A DNA stretch of 20,000 nucleotides from Chiloscyllium plagiosum (GCF_004010195.1 NC_057719.1:64976113-64996112), one strand, 5' to 3'. Shown: positions 1 through 11,409, numbered from the stretch's first letter. Notes: generated from the letters alone by a model not told the origin. Made by a program: numbers and translations.

Positions 1-199
1 ACACTATGGGATAATTTCAATGGCCAATCCACCTAACCTGCACATTTTTGGACTGTGGGAGGAAACTGGAGCTCCTGGTCGAAGTACATGCAGACACAGG
101 GAGAACGTGCAAACTTCACACAATTGCCTGAGGGTGGAATCGAACTCTGGTCCCTGGTGCTGTGGGGCAACAGTGCTAACCACTGAGCCATCATGCCTC
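1..199 (-). mobile_element. tRNA-derived SINE, HE1/V-SINE-like (3' part runs off the window start)
   Basis: Minus strand carries a Pol III A box TGGCTCAGTGG (180-190) and B box GTTCGATTCC (136-145). These are followed by the V-SINE-type core 'gtgtgaagtttgcacgttctccctgtgtctgc...gtttcctcccacagtccaaaaatgtgcaggttaggtggattggcc'. Confidence 0.9.
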
Positions 200-229
200 C
201 CCCTACTGAGGCTGCAACGGAGAGTTAAA

Positions 230-318
230 ATTAGAATACCCATGATTTTATTGACTGATGGATCAGGATCAGAGGGCCAAGTGGCCTACTCTTGTTCCTT
301 GGTTCTATATTCATATGT
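230..318 (+). mobile_element. CR1-type LINE/SINE 3' tail fragment
   Basis: 'catgattttattgactgatggatcaggatcagagggccaagtggcctactcttgttcc' is a diverged copy of the 3' tail present in reverse at 6410-6470. Confidence 0.7.
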
Positions 319-2508
319 CTGAATCTAGATACCTTACCCTTGTGCAGCCTATGAAATTTTGCTTTGTGGCCTACATATGACTCTTGTAAAGTTGCAGATG
401 ATGACTTCTGCTTCACAGAGATGACTATCTTCAGTCTGCAATGACCAGTATCTTGGTCAGGATTGCTAGTGGTTAGGATTTGCACGCCACACAGTTGGAG
501 ACTGTATGCACTTCACATGCAGGGTACTGTGCTTACACACTTACTGTAAAAGTGCCTTATTAATGCAATTGCCTGTTGAAGGGCCTCACATCACTGACAA
601 GCAGAGCCCACATGCTCAGACAGAAAAGAAACACTCCTTCTACTCCACGCGTGGCTGTGGCCATATTCCTTTTCCATTAGCCACCTCTAAATTGCATGTC
701 TATGGAAGGTACTTCAGGTCATACTTGGCACAATGAGTCACAGCTACAGTGAGGTAATGAGAGAGGTCCCTTCCTAATTCCACGTTTGTTTCTTCCTGCC
801 AGGAAAGTCCATCAGCACTGAGCTTCGAAATGTTCCATTCCCATTGACTCGCGACTTCATCTTTCAACAAGACCTTTCCCCCGCCTTGGCCCTACATCCT
901 GGTGATGCCAATCATTATGCTCACTGTCCACTCACTGAGGTCAGTGTGATTGTGATTGTCAAGCAACCCCACTACCCCCACCCCACCCTTCCTCATGTCC
1001 TCAAATACACTATCATCTCCCCAACTTTATGTGGTGAGTCCCCTCCACTTCATGATTCTGATCCCCTCTGCATTCCAACATGCTACCTCTAGTTCCCAGG
1101 ATTGACTTCCCTAGCTTCCCTACCACAGCAGTTTATTAATCTCCCTTGCCTTTCATTGAGTTGACCTTCAGGACTGAGCATGGCCCACCCACTTCCCCAC
1201 CTGAAAGAAACATTCCCACCTGATATGTAGGACTATATCAGTTGATATTCTGCTGCTCAGACCTCAGTTTCTTATTGTGGTGAGACTAGATGCATGTCAG
1301 CATTGTGAGTACAGGATATCACATTATCTGTCCATAGTCAATATAGTTAGTGTTCAGTGATACACACATGCTCACATGTGCACACTCTTATGATTTACCA
1401 AAGAATGATAAACTGATAGATGATAAATCATAATTTCTGTATCATAAGTTAGAAAGACTGACTACATTGTTCTAAGTACTAGTTTTCTATAATAAATTAT
1501 ATGCTTCATTTTTCTATTAAATACAAACTGTATGTCCATTTATATTTGCATATATCCAAACTCACCCTTAGAGTGACTCTATTTTCCCCACATGACAGAA
1601 GGAATACTGATTAAGTTCCCTCAGGTCACATTTTTTGTAGCTCCTTCCACACAGGCCAGCAATCTTATTAGCAAAGTGCAGTTAGGTTCTCTCTGTTAAG
1701 GAACAAGATAATGGAACAAACGGAGAGAGAAATATTAAATTGATTCGGGGTTAGGGACAAGAAGGTATATTTCACAAGGCATGTTGCTTTTGAAGAGAAT
1801 CTAGGAATCTTACATGCACATACCTGGAAACTAAGAATACAAACTTTATTTTTATTTCAGCCCTTCAAAGATATTTTGTTTACAGTTAAATGTTCTATGC
1901 TCCACCAATCCTTCACAATTTGCTTGTAACAAAGTTTCCTCTGCAGGCAAGGGCGCACTCTACCCCTTTACATTCAGTACATACAAGAAATGCTTCCACG
2001 GAGCAAGGTATATTTTTGAAAGAAGAAATTTCAAAGAGGCACAACCCAAATAATTATGTAACTATAGAATGAGAATAAAGTCAGAGCTGAGAAATTTGTA
2101 TAAATATTTTGGCCATACACTGTGAAAGCTACTTTGAAGTAGAAAATGAGTTTGAACCTGTGCAGAGAACTTTGATAAGTCTAGGTCCATGTTTATTTGA
2201 AGCTTTTAGTAATTCAAATTCTAAAAGATTTTGGTGAAATCCCAAATGTCACCAACCCAGCTGCACTACAGTGTTTCAGCTCTCACAACTTTCAAAACAT
2301 CATTTTATAGTTATTTTGCCTTTAATCAACCTTCCCAATTTTTTTTTCTTACAAAATCCATCTCCCAAATCAAATTCAGGGAACGTGCAACTCTTCATAT
2401 TGTTGAGGATGATCTGGATTAAAAATACAGTTTGTATTTGCAATGCAGGAATGCATATTATAAGTGATCATCTTTGAGAAGGAAGTGGTTCAAGATATAC
2501 GGCTACTT

Positions 2509-2590
2509 AAGAACATAAGCAATTTAAGAAGGCCATTCTACCCATTGAACTTGCTCCAGAATTCAATAAGAAAATTGTCTGATTTACTCC
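2509..2590 (-). mobile_element. CR1-type 3' tail fragment
   Basis: 'aagaacataag...aggccattctacccattgaacttgctccagaattcaataaga' matches the 6410-6470 tail ('aggccattcgatccattgaacctggtctgctgttcaatatga'). Confidence 0.65.
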
Positions 2591-3050
2591 TCACCTGTGT
2601 GTACTGAAATTCCCATTTTTAGTTTTGGTATTTTGTTAAGTGAGATTTATAGATCACAATCCATTTTGGCTCAAAGCAACGTCTTTCACTCAATTTTTTC
2701 TTCTCTTCACACATTGTTATGCATCTAGGCTCTTCAGCAGTCTTCTTGTGCAATTGCACGGCAGGAGAGTTGGAAGTATTTCATGTTTCTTTTGGCCTTC
2801 ATGCTGCTGGTGCCAACGGCAAGTCAGCAAATATCTGTCACACTGTGGTGTTCAACGCTGTCACTGAGAACAAGATCCAGAAAACAATGCTTGGCCCTCT
2901 TTTTCAGACAGGGACCATGAGGTGGCGATGGTTTGGCTGGTGTTTTATCCTGCTGTCCACCAAAGGAGACCATACTGCCAGACACAGCCATCCTGAACCC
3001 AGATAATGGCCCAAGTTTGTGCTCTATCCAAGGTTAAAAGAAACACCAGC

Positions 3051-3408
3051 AATAAGGGATATAGATAGGGTTAATGGTAGGTGTTTCTTTTTCCCTTGGA
3101 TGGGCGATTTCAAGACTAGGGGGCATTTTTTAAAGATGAGACAAATAAAATTTGAAAAAAAAAATGAGGGGCAAATTTTTCACACAGACGGTGGTGCAGG
3201 TGTGTAATGAACTTCCTGAGGAAGTGGTGGATGTGTGCACAGTTACAACATTTAAAAGACACTTGGATAAGTTCTTGAATAGGAAGTGTTTGGAGGGGTA
3301 ATGGCTAGAACCAGGCAGGTGAGACTATTTTAATTTGGGATTATGTTCAGTATGGACTGATTAGATTGAATTGTCTGTTTCTGTACTGTATGATTCTATA
3401 ACTATAAC
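3051..3408 (+). mobile_element. CR1 LINE 3' end (ORF2 C-terminus remnant plus 3'UTR)
   Basis: Frameshifted translation IRDIDRVNGRCFF..FKTRGHFLK..FFTQTVVQVCNELPEEVVDVCTVTTFKRHLDKFLNRKCLEG is typical of the CR1 ORF2 C-terminus. It ends in a short repeat tail 'tgattctataactataact'. Confidence 0.88.
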
Positions 3409-3465
3409 TTCAGGAAGAAGGTCAATGATCTTATGCTTGCTACAAGGGTAAGTGCCACCAACACT

Positions 3466-3593
3466 CCTGATGAAGGTTCAGACTTGAAACATTGACCTCG
3501 CCACCTCCTGATGCTGCCTGGCTTGTTGTGTTCTTGCAGCCTCCTGCTTGTCTACTTTGGATTCCAGCATCTGCAATTTTTCTTTGTCTCTAA
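3466..3593 (+). mobile_element. Short PLE-derived unit with hammerhead-like core
   Basis: CTGATGA (3467-3473)-aggt tcag actt-GAAAC (3486-3490), then 'gatgctgcctggcttgttgtgttcttgcagc...ccagcatctgca', which is homologous to the units at 4095, 11638, 14604 and 18852. Confidence 0.75.
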
Positions 3594-4081
3594 CCTCGCA
3601 CTCAAGCCATAACTCATTTGAACTTTGCCAGTGCACAAATATCTCACCAAGGGTAATGGGCTACAATTCTCATTATTGCATGTCTCATGGTCATTCACTG
3701 AATTTCATCCATCTTCAAAACTACTAATCTCTCCTGCCTTCTGTGCTTCCTACTCATTCACTGGTGACACTTCACAACCCGTTCTGTCCTTGTGTCACCA
3801 TGATTTACTGCCATTATATTCAATTACTCACTTTGTGTCATTGCAGAACAAAGTAACTCATTCCCCAGACTGATGTCTACACAGTATATGACTGACCTAC
3901 CTGTAGTCTTCATGCTGGATGCACTTGGCCAACACAACTGACTATGACCCAATCCACAGACTGCAAGGGCATATTTCACCAGACCCTGGTAGGAGCAATC
4001 ACTTGACTGACTCTAGAATCAATGATCCCCTTGACTCATCGAAGTTGTGGGTACTCCCCAACTGACCACAGATGACCTTGA

Positions 4082-4215
4082 AGCAGAAGTGGGTACTGCA
4101 GATGCAGGAGATTAGTCAAGATTAGAGTGGTGCTGGAAAAGCACAGCAGGTCAGGCAGCATCCAAGGAGTAGGAAAATTGATGTTTCAGGCAAAAGCCCT
4201 TCACTCTAATCTTGG
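4082..4215 (-). mobile_element. Short PLE-derived unit with inverted end and putative 13-bp target-site duplication
   Basis: Nearly identical to 11638-11732. Inverted repeat caagattagagtg (4117-4129) / cactctaatcttg (4202-4214). Flanked by cagatgaccttga (4069-4081) / cagaagaccttga (4216-4228). Confidence 0.8.
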
Positions 4216-5063
4216 CAGAAGACCTTGACACCACTAAGGCCTGCTCCCCTTTGACTTTCGTACATTGTCATTAGGTTGTAGCACAGCTACTGAGTGTGCT
4301 GTGTAAGCTACTGGCTTATGCTGCAGGTAAAACATTGACATAACAGAATGTTATACATGACATGACCATCCCTTGATTGTTCAGTGCTTCCCACTGTGAC
4401 AAGCTACCTGCCTCTCCCTCTGTGCTAAGAAATGAAGTGAAGAACTGTAAGGTTCATCCCGTTTGGATGCATGAGATGTGTATGTTTCTCTACATACAAA
4501 GTAAACTGGTAGAAGCATGCAAGTCCTATGCGTTGTTGAGCTCCACTTAACTGTAGTCAGAGACTGAAGTGCTATATGAGTTGGATGGAGAGCACTCATG
4601 ATGAAGTGGTGAAGCTAGTGGTTTGTCAATGCCACCATATATGTGAAGGGTAGAGGCGGTCGGTTGATCGTACAGGGATGTTGGGATCAAATAATTTCAG
4701 ATGAAGGCCCATCAAACAAATCGGCGACATGCAGCCTCCAGGTAATTACTATCATTCATATCTTGCCAGAGTTTTTGCCGTAGTTCCTCATGGAAACAGA
4801 GGAGAATTGGAGAGGTGGATGGAAATGAGCAGAGTTACAGGTTTACTGAGACGCAAGCTCGTTGATGCCTAATAGTGAATTTTCAAGGTCTCTATAAAAC
4901 TTCATTGGAAAACTTTTCTCAATGTTGAGATTCTGTTTTATTAAAATTTTCACTACATTTTCCCTCTTTCTCACCATTGGCTAAATCACTGCTGGGAGGA
5001 GAAAAGTCTGCCTTATATTCTTGTCTTTGTCTCCATATCTATTGACAACAAAAGTCTGCAACT

Positions 5064-5257
5064 AAAGCAAAAAGAGAACTTCAGATACTGGAAATCTGAG
5101 AGAAGAACAGAAATTCTGGCAATACTCAAGGGATTAAACAACAAATACAGAGAGAGAAAAGCACCATATTTCAAGTTGATGACAATTTGATATGTTAGTT
5201 TCACTTGAAGCTTTCTCAGAGCTTTCCTGACCTGTTGAATATTTGTAGTATTTTCTG
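5064..5257. mobile_element. Old palindromic (head-to-head) PLE-derived unit
   Basis: Left arm 'cagatactggaaatctga..aacagaaattctggcaatactca' and right arm 'cctgacctgttgaatatttgtagtattttctg' are degenerate inverted copies, related to 14604-14737. Confidence 0.55.
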
Positions 5258-5543
5258 ATCTAACAAGCCCTGTTGTTTTAAGAATCAAAGCCCTGTTCAT
5301 TCCAGGATCCATAGCCTTTTGGGCAGAGAGTTTGAAGTTTCTGAAAAGTGCTTCTGATTTACTCCCAAATGGATTTGCTGCAATTTTATGGTGATGGCTT
5401 CTTGTGGGGAATTTATTCTCATTATTGTGGTGTCATTGAAGGATGGGAGAGCATTTCATCATTTAGAAAGGTGACTTATGAGCACCCTGTGACCTGCCCG
5501 CCACTGCCAAAATTAACTCTGAGTGGGAAGGCTCATGGCCTCA

Positions 5544-5592
5544 GGAGGTGGGGTGGGGGTGGGGGGGGGGAGGTGCGGGGGCGGGGAGGTGG
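5544..5592 (+). repeat. G-rich tract, potential G-quadruplex
   Basis: GGGG-T-GGGGG-T-G10-AGGTGC-GGGGG-C-GGGG: five runs of at least 4 G with short loops. Confidence 0.8.
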
Positions 5593-5939
5593 ATCTCATT
5601 GAGAGTTGCTCACCCTGCCTTTGCAGTTAAACCCCTACCCTTGTGAAATCATTTCTACCTTGACTTACCTTTGTCTTGGGTCACATGTTGGTTGGGGACC
5701 TGTGGGCCTGCCCTTTTGGCAGCAGCCAAGCGAGCCAGCAGCCAAGCTGTCAGCCTCTGATTGGCTAGCAGCTCTGCGGGTGGGTGTAGTAATTTCTGCC
5801 CTTGTCTCCTTAGTCACAGGGAGGCCTGTCATTTGTCACTGAAGAGGATCTTAATTCCTCAAGACCTCCCCAATGGAGGCAATGTCTATCTGTCATGGAC
5901 AGTCCAGCAGACAGCCAGAGAGCCCCGATCGGTGCATGT

Positions 5940-6130
5940 AATTCCCCTCCCTCTTATTTTTGATTCTCCTACTAGAGGAAATAATTTCAAGAAACTAGCT
6001 TATCAAATTTTTCTCATATTTTAAGTAGCGCAGTGAGATCATCCTGAATTTTATATAATCCAGGGAGTACAAGCCACACTTATGCAGTCTGTCCTCAAAA
6101 TGCAGCCCTGGCTATCATTCTTGGAAACTG
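5940..6130 (-). mobile_element. Degraded CR1 ORF2 C-terminal fragment
   Basis: 'ctactagaggaaataatttc...gagatcatcctgaatttt...gggagtacaagcc...ctgtcctca' parallels 6650-6810 and 14050-14210. Confidence 0.55.
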
Positions 6131-6379
6131 AGAGTGGGATCCTGAACATTCAGTGAATTTGATTTCCAGTGACTGAATGAATAAAACTGAGCTGAGTTTA
6201 TGAAGAATTAGACTGTGCAGTTCCAGCTTATCATCCATAGCAGTCACGTTGTTTACTTGGAGAGCTGAGAGTGGAAATTGTAGCAGCTGTGTTATAATCC
6301 AGATGTTTATGTAGGAGTTGAGACACAAAATATTGTACAATGCATCTGGATAGAGACAGTCTGCAGGCAGGGGCATGCG

Positions 6380-6893
6380 GACCATAAAGATATAGAGCCA
6401 GAAAAGTGGAACAGGAGTAGGCCATTCGATCCATTGAACCTGGTCTGCTGTTCAATATGATCATGAGTGATCCTCTATCTCAATGCCATTTTGTTTCTCT
6501 CTCCTAATGTCTCTTGATTCCACTTCCACAGCATTCTGAGTGAGAGAATTTCACAGGATCACCATTCTCTGAATGAAGAAATGTCTTCCCATCTCAGTCC
6601 AAAATGGCATACTGCATGTCCTGAAACTATTGCATCTTGTTCTGAACCATCTGGCCTGGGGAAACATCATCTCTGCATCCAGTCTATCCAGGCCTGTTTG
6701 AGCTTTATACCTTTCAATGAGATCCCTTGTCATTCTTCATACAGGCGCAGTCAATCCAATCTCTCCTCATGAAACAAACCTACCAGCCAAGAGCTCAGCT
6801 TGGTGAGCCTTTGTTGCAGTCCCTTTATGGCAAGTATATCATTTCAATGGTAAAGAGATCAAAACTACACACAGTACTCCAGGTGTGGCCTCA
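6380..6893 (-). mobile_element. CR1 LINE 3' end
   Basis: ORF 6551-6733 (RDLIERYKAQTGLDRLDAEMMFP..RTR..FWTEMGRHFFIQRMVIL) is a CR1 ORF2 C-terminus. Upstream 'RPHLEYCV' motif at about 6866-6891, and a 3'UTR tail at 6380-6480. Confidence 0.9.
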
Positions 6894-7259
6894 GAAACCA
6901 TGTTAAATGTCCTTGCCACCCTTTGTAATAGTATTAGATACATTTTTCTCTGATATCAAAGCAATAATGTGAATTGACCCAGAAACAGTATACCAGTCTG
7001 CAGAAGCAGAACTCAAAAGGTTTGCAACTCATGTACTATCATCATCCTGAAACCGAGAATGGTTTACATTGAGGGTCATCCGAGGTGTTTGCTGCCATCC
7101 GTATTGGAAAAGATCTGTTGGCACATTTAAACAGCTTTTTTATATTAATGTGGTTCCCCAAAATTCTGCTTTGAACAAAGTAACGGACGTCTGTGCATTG
7201 AGCAGCACAGCCCTTTAAACCTGAAACTGCTAACACTTTGCTTGAAGACTACTACTGAA

Positions 7260-7583
7260 ATTTAGAAGGTGGGTTTGATCAAAATTTTCAACAGGAGTGC
7301 AAATAGGATTGATGAAGACAGGCTATTTTCCACTGATTGGGACGTCTTAAGTCTAGAAGTAAGAGCCTGAGCATTCAAAGGTGAAAGGAGGAAAAGTGTT
7401 CGAGGTTTGTAATTTTCTTCCACAACTGGTCATTCAGTTGGCACCGAGATTGATAGATTTCTGTTAACCCAAAGTGTTGAGAGATCTGATTCTAAGGTGG
7501 GTGTGTAGAGAGACGCCATGGGTCAGTCATGACCTCTTTGAGTGGTTGAGGGGATAGAGATGCTTTCTTGCTTTACATGTTCC
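7260..7583 (+). mobile_element. Highly degraded CR1 3' end
   Basis: 'gtttgatcaaaattttcaa...aggctattttccactg...gagattgatagatttctgttaacccaaag...ggtcagtcatgacc' follows the CR1 ORF2-end/3'UTR order. Confidence 0.6.
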
Positions 7584-9127
7584 AGTAAGGGACTTAGCAA
7601 AATTATGTGACATGCCAATTTTTTCTGTGCGACTCGAAGTATTCAACCCTTAGTATAATTTATGTTTGGCTTACAATTTGGTTCCCTTAAAGAATCATAA
7701 ACCTTTGCAGTACATTTTCAGCAATAAATCAATTTCACATCTGTATTGCATTCTTGGAATCAAATGCATGCATACAGAAGGAAATTGGAATGTTGAAGTG
7801 AAGGAGAATAATAAATTACTCAACACATCTGTATTAGACATACAGTTCAAGCGCATGCTGAATAAAAGGCTAGAAGCTACAGTTGCAGTGAGACTCTGTC
7901 ACCTCTCGGTACTCGCTACAGATACTGGTCAAGGTCAGGCCTCAACACTAGCATAGTTTGTAATGAGACCATTTGCAGTTGTCCAGATAGAACACTCATA
8001 ATTTGTTGGCAGATTATGGAACTGTGCGTTTTATGTGATTGGACAACTCTTTATCTGCGGTCAATCAGCCATTGCACACACACACTGGTTTTTCTACTGT
8101 AGCACAGTTGGGACCATGTCCTAAATATAATGGGACTTCAATCTGCCACGCAGATGCACGTTGACTTCGGTTTACATTCCCGCCCAAGAACACGTTGTAT
8201 ATTTTTGTTGGGTGGTTGTTTTCTTTTAGAGTCTGCAAGGAATGAGAGACAGAGATTTGTAGCAGCAGAAAGTAACAACTGCTTTTTCATTTTAGGCCAA
8301 TTCATTAAATGCCCAGATGCCATTACAGTAATGCCAGCTATGAGCATTGGACATGTACTTCTGGTATTCTGTAACACTTCAGTGGGTGGAATGAGTAGAC
8401 TCTTGTCCAATCTTCTGATCCCCTAATGCTGTATGTCGATCCTGTCAATTGGAGAATGACAATGTCATACTATCTTTCCTCCTAAACACAGTCATTGGCA
8501 TTATGAGAAGGTAATAACTGCATTTGTAAATCAGACTTTTCCCATGTTGACTTGGATTTTCCAATGCCCAAATAGTAATTTCTGTGCAGATGGCAGTTGT
8601 GTGTCAGGTCTCTGTGAAATTCCCAATGTAACCAACTCCAAGGGAAATGCACGGGACATTGAAGATTCTGATGGACAATTCCCTGACACCTGGAACCCTC
8701 CAACAATATCACAGTTGAACTGGTACATTTGGAGGATTCCATTGGCAGTTGTTACCCAAGAAAAGTTAGAAGTTTAAACTCCTAATCTACCTCCTGGGTA
8801 ACTATTAAGCTGATGTTCCAATTTATTGCATACACACAACTATACCACACCCAAACCATGTACATCCCCAGGTTCCTGATCCAACATCTTCCAGGACCTG
8901 AGACTCCCTCTCCTGCTGCAATGCAATAACTCCTGACCCTGAGAACAGTCTCTCTTCCTGATATTATATTCCCCCACTAGACTTGACAGCTCTCTCCCTG
9001 CCACCAGAGCCAACTCCCCAACCTGACGCCAGTTCCAGTAACTCCCTCCAGCTTGCTGAACATGACACCTACCGTAACTCTTCTCGACTGATCCCAATAC
9101 ACCCCCTGTCCATCTTGATCTCATATA

Positions 9128-9635
9128 CTGTATATACTCATATATATGCCATTCTCGTGTATAAGTCGACCCTTTATTTTTTGGCCAAAAAATCTTGTAT
9201 TTTCCATATATCTCATGTAAGTCAACCCTAGTTCTTCACAGTTACAGTTCAACATTTATGAGTAAGTGAGCCTGCCCGTTGTGCTCTGCTCTGACTTTCC
9301 AGTCTGCTGGCCATACTACTCCATTCCAGGCCTTCCAGTCTGCCAGCCCTCACGCTCCGCTCCAGGTTTTCAGAATTATTGCAATGGTACGACAGTACAG
9401 GGTGACCATTGTATCCGTGGAGTCAGTTTCCACGGTTTCAGTTAGCCGCAGTTTACCGTGACCCAAACATATTACTGAGAGCGTTCCAGGACCAGGGGGC
9501 TGCTGGGAAAATAAATTTCCCATTTTATCTATTTTGTAGATAAATATTTGTCTCCTCGAAAACAATACCTCATGTATAAGTCGACCCCCTAATTTCAGAT
9601 TTAAAAATCTGTTTTCAAAATTCGACCTATACATC
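9128..9635. mobile_element. Non-autonomous Tc1/mariner-superfamily (Tc2/pogo-like) element
   Basis: TA followed by left end ctgtatatactc. Motif ctc(g/a)tgtataagtcgaccc repeated at 9154-9172, 9212-9228 and 9569-9587, and inverted and truncated at 9622-9634 (tcgacctatacat). Confidence 0.75.
9398..9490 (+). mobile_element. Tigger-like (MER44/Tigger7-like) terminal fragment nested in the Tc2-like element
   Basis: TA|cagggtgaccattgtatccgtggagtcagtttccacggtttcagttagccgcagtttaccgtgacccaaacatatta resembles the recalled MER44/Tigger7 left end (..TATCCGCGG...TTTCCGCGGTTTCAGTTACCCGCGG..). Confidence 0.55.
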
Positions 9636-10599
9636 TACCTAAACGATAGATATTCCATAACTTACCTGTCACCATACCCACCTTATGCACTGACACCTTG
9701 CTTACTTGATCTCCTGGCACTCTACACACCTGGCACCCTAACCCACACTTAGTTCACAGGCTTTCCCTATCACAGGAACTGTCAAAGTGGCTGTGTGTGC
9801 TGCTAGACATTTACACCAGAGGACACAGCAAGTACTGCAGTGTGGAAGAAACAGTGGTTTATCTTCCTGCACCTATCCTACCTTACGATTGGATTTAAGG
9901 TACATTGCACATTGCTGAAGAAGCCCTGATGGAGTCGCCTGCCAGAAATGCAAAGCTCTATCTTAAGAGACAAAATAGATGCAGAGTGGCAATCTAATTT
10001 TGATTTCTGCTCCTTAGAAAATCCAGCTCAATATTTTATTTTGTCTTCCTATTTTCCTGCATACCTCTGGATGAAAGTAACCCAATGGGCTGAGGGGGAA
10101 AAAAGGACTTCGGAGATCGTTCTTCCATATTCTTGTATTTCTACTTTCTACTTTTTCATTACTTTTAATGAATGCACATTGCGGGTGGAAATCATGTGCT
10201 TCCTGTGGTGAATTGGATGTTTCTAAGGACATTTAATCTGGCTGGCTAGTGGTAGTGGGGACTCTGTTGTATTCTTAACACTCTCCTCATTTAGTCCATG
10301 GCAGGAAGGCTCAAGGATGGCCTTCCCAATCTGCTGCTAACTGAAGCCTTTACATGGTGAATTGATACTTTCCAATGTTGCCTTGTTGATCCTGAAGCTC
10401 CAAGGGTGTTGGGGCAGATACAAGTTGGATGTTCTTCTGGAGGTGTTCTCTTTTAAAATCTGCACTCCATCCACTTCCAGAGTGGGTGCTATCATTCTGA
10501 ACTTTTCTGTCTTTCTGATGCATTCCAAAATGTAACAGAGGTAGGGTTACAGACTTGATTTGCAGAATACAACAGAGTTCTTGGAGCAGTCTGCAACCT

Positions 10600-11409
10600 C
10601 TCCTGGATGTTACTGCCTCAAAGAGATGGTTATTGACTTCAGGAGGGCCACCCTCCTCTGTACATCGACAGCTCCCCCATGGCGATCATGAAGACCATCA
10701 AATTTCTTGGCATCCACCTGGCGGAGAATCTCACCTGGTCCCTCAACACCAGCTCCATAGCCAAGAAAGCCCAGCAGCGTCTCGACTTTCTGCATACACT
10801 GAGGAAAGCCCACCTCCCATTCCCCCAATCCTCACCACATTCTACAGAGAGTTCATTGAGAGTGCTCTGAGCTGTTGTATCACTGCTTGGTTCAGAAATT
10901 GCACTGTCTCGGATCGTAAGACCCTACAACGGATAGTGAGGATAGCTGACAAGATCATCGGGGTCTCTCTCTCCTCCATTACAGATATTTACATCACATG
11001 CTGTGTCTGAAAGTATTGTGGAAGACCCCACACAGCCTTCTCTCAAACTTTTCTCCCTCCTGTCATCTAGCAGAAGACACTGGAGCATTCAGTCTCTCAC
11101 AGCGAGACTGTGCACCAGTTTCTTCCCCCAAGCCATCAGGCTCCTTAACACAGTATGATTGGACGCTTTTCCATCTGAAATTCTTTGCACAATTTCGAAT
11201 TGCTGCTCAAACAATATATATTAATTATCATTCTTTTATTACACTATAATTTGCATGTTTTGCATTTCTATGCACTTTATGACGTGCTTTGTACAATTGT
11301 ATAGTTTGTGCTGTCCACTTGACACCTTGGTCCTGGAGGAACGCTGTCTCATTTTTTATTGTATCAGTTGGATATGGTATAAATGGCAAATAAAATCTAC
11401 TCTACTCTA
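10600..11409 (+). mobile_element. Rex1/Babar LINE, 5'-truncated 3' end
   Basis: Frameshifted peptide KEMVIDFRR..IKFLGIHLAENLTWSLNTSSIAKKAQQRLDFL..LRKAHLP/PILTTFYREFIESALSCCITAWF.NC...DRKTLQRIVR.A.KIIG...SFFPQAIRLLN, stop at 11156-11158. AATAAA at 11389-11394 and a (TCTAC)n tail at 11396-11409. Confidence 0.92.

Larger units (their letters stand above)
8544..10034. mobile_element. Putative old non-autonomous DNA transposon (possibly PIF/Harbinger-like) hosting nested insertions
   Basis: Imperfect terminal inverted repeats: atgttgacttggattttccaatg (8544-8566) vs the reverse complement of 10012-10034 (atattgagctggattttctaagg), 18/23 identical. C-rich low-complexity interior lies on both sides of the 9128-9635 insertion. 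Confidence 0.4.

Noticed and set aside
100..199. tRNA gene
   Set aside because: The A and B boxes are followed by SINE body sequence, and no cloverleaf is evident.
800..1200. C-rich stretch as a degraded LINE/PLE coding fragment
   Set aside because: The composition is suggestive, but I could not recover any diagnostic peptide motif.
1947..2007. 61-nt candidate exon (ctgcag|...AAG|gtatat)
   Set aside because: Weak donor and unrecognised peptide. Such matches are expected by chance in 20 kb.
7042..7236. Minus-strand ORF with a tttcag acceptor as an exon
   Set aside because: No convincing donor and no recognisable protein.
8460..8777. Cys-rich 105-codon open frame (..CPNSNFCADGSCVSGLCEIP..) as an exon
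   Set aside because: No recognisable family and no clear donor, and it overlaps the putative left TIR at 8544. It is not fully excluded; BLASTX would settle it.
9154..9634. CRISPR-like repeat array
   Set aside because: Irregular spacing, one inverted copy and a vertebrate context. These are transposon subterminal repeats.
10555..11010. 151-aa ORF as an intact gene
   Set aside because: Only the C-terminal part is in frame with the Rex1/Babar ORF. The element is frameshifted and 5'-truncated.
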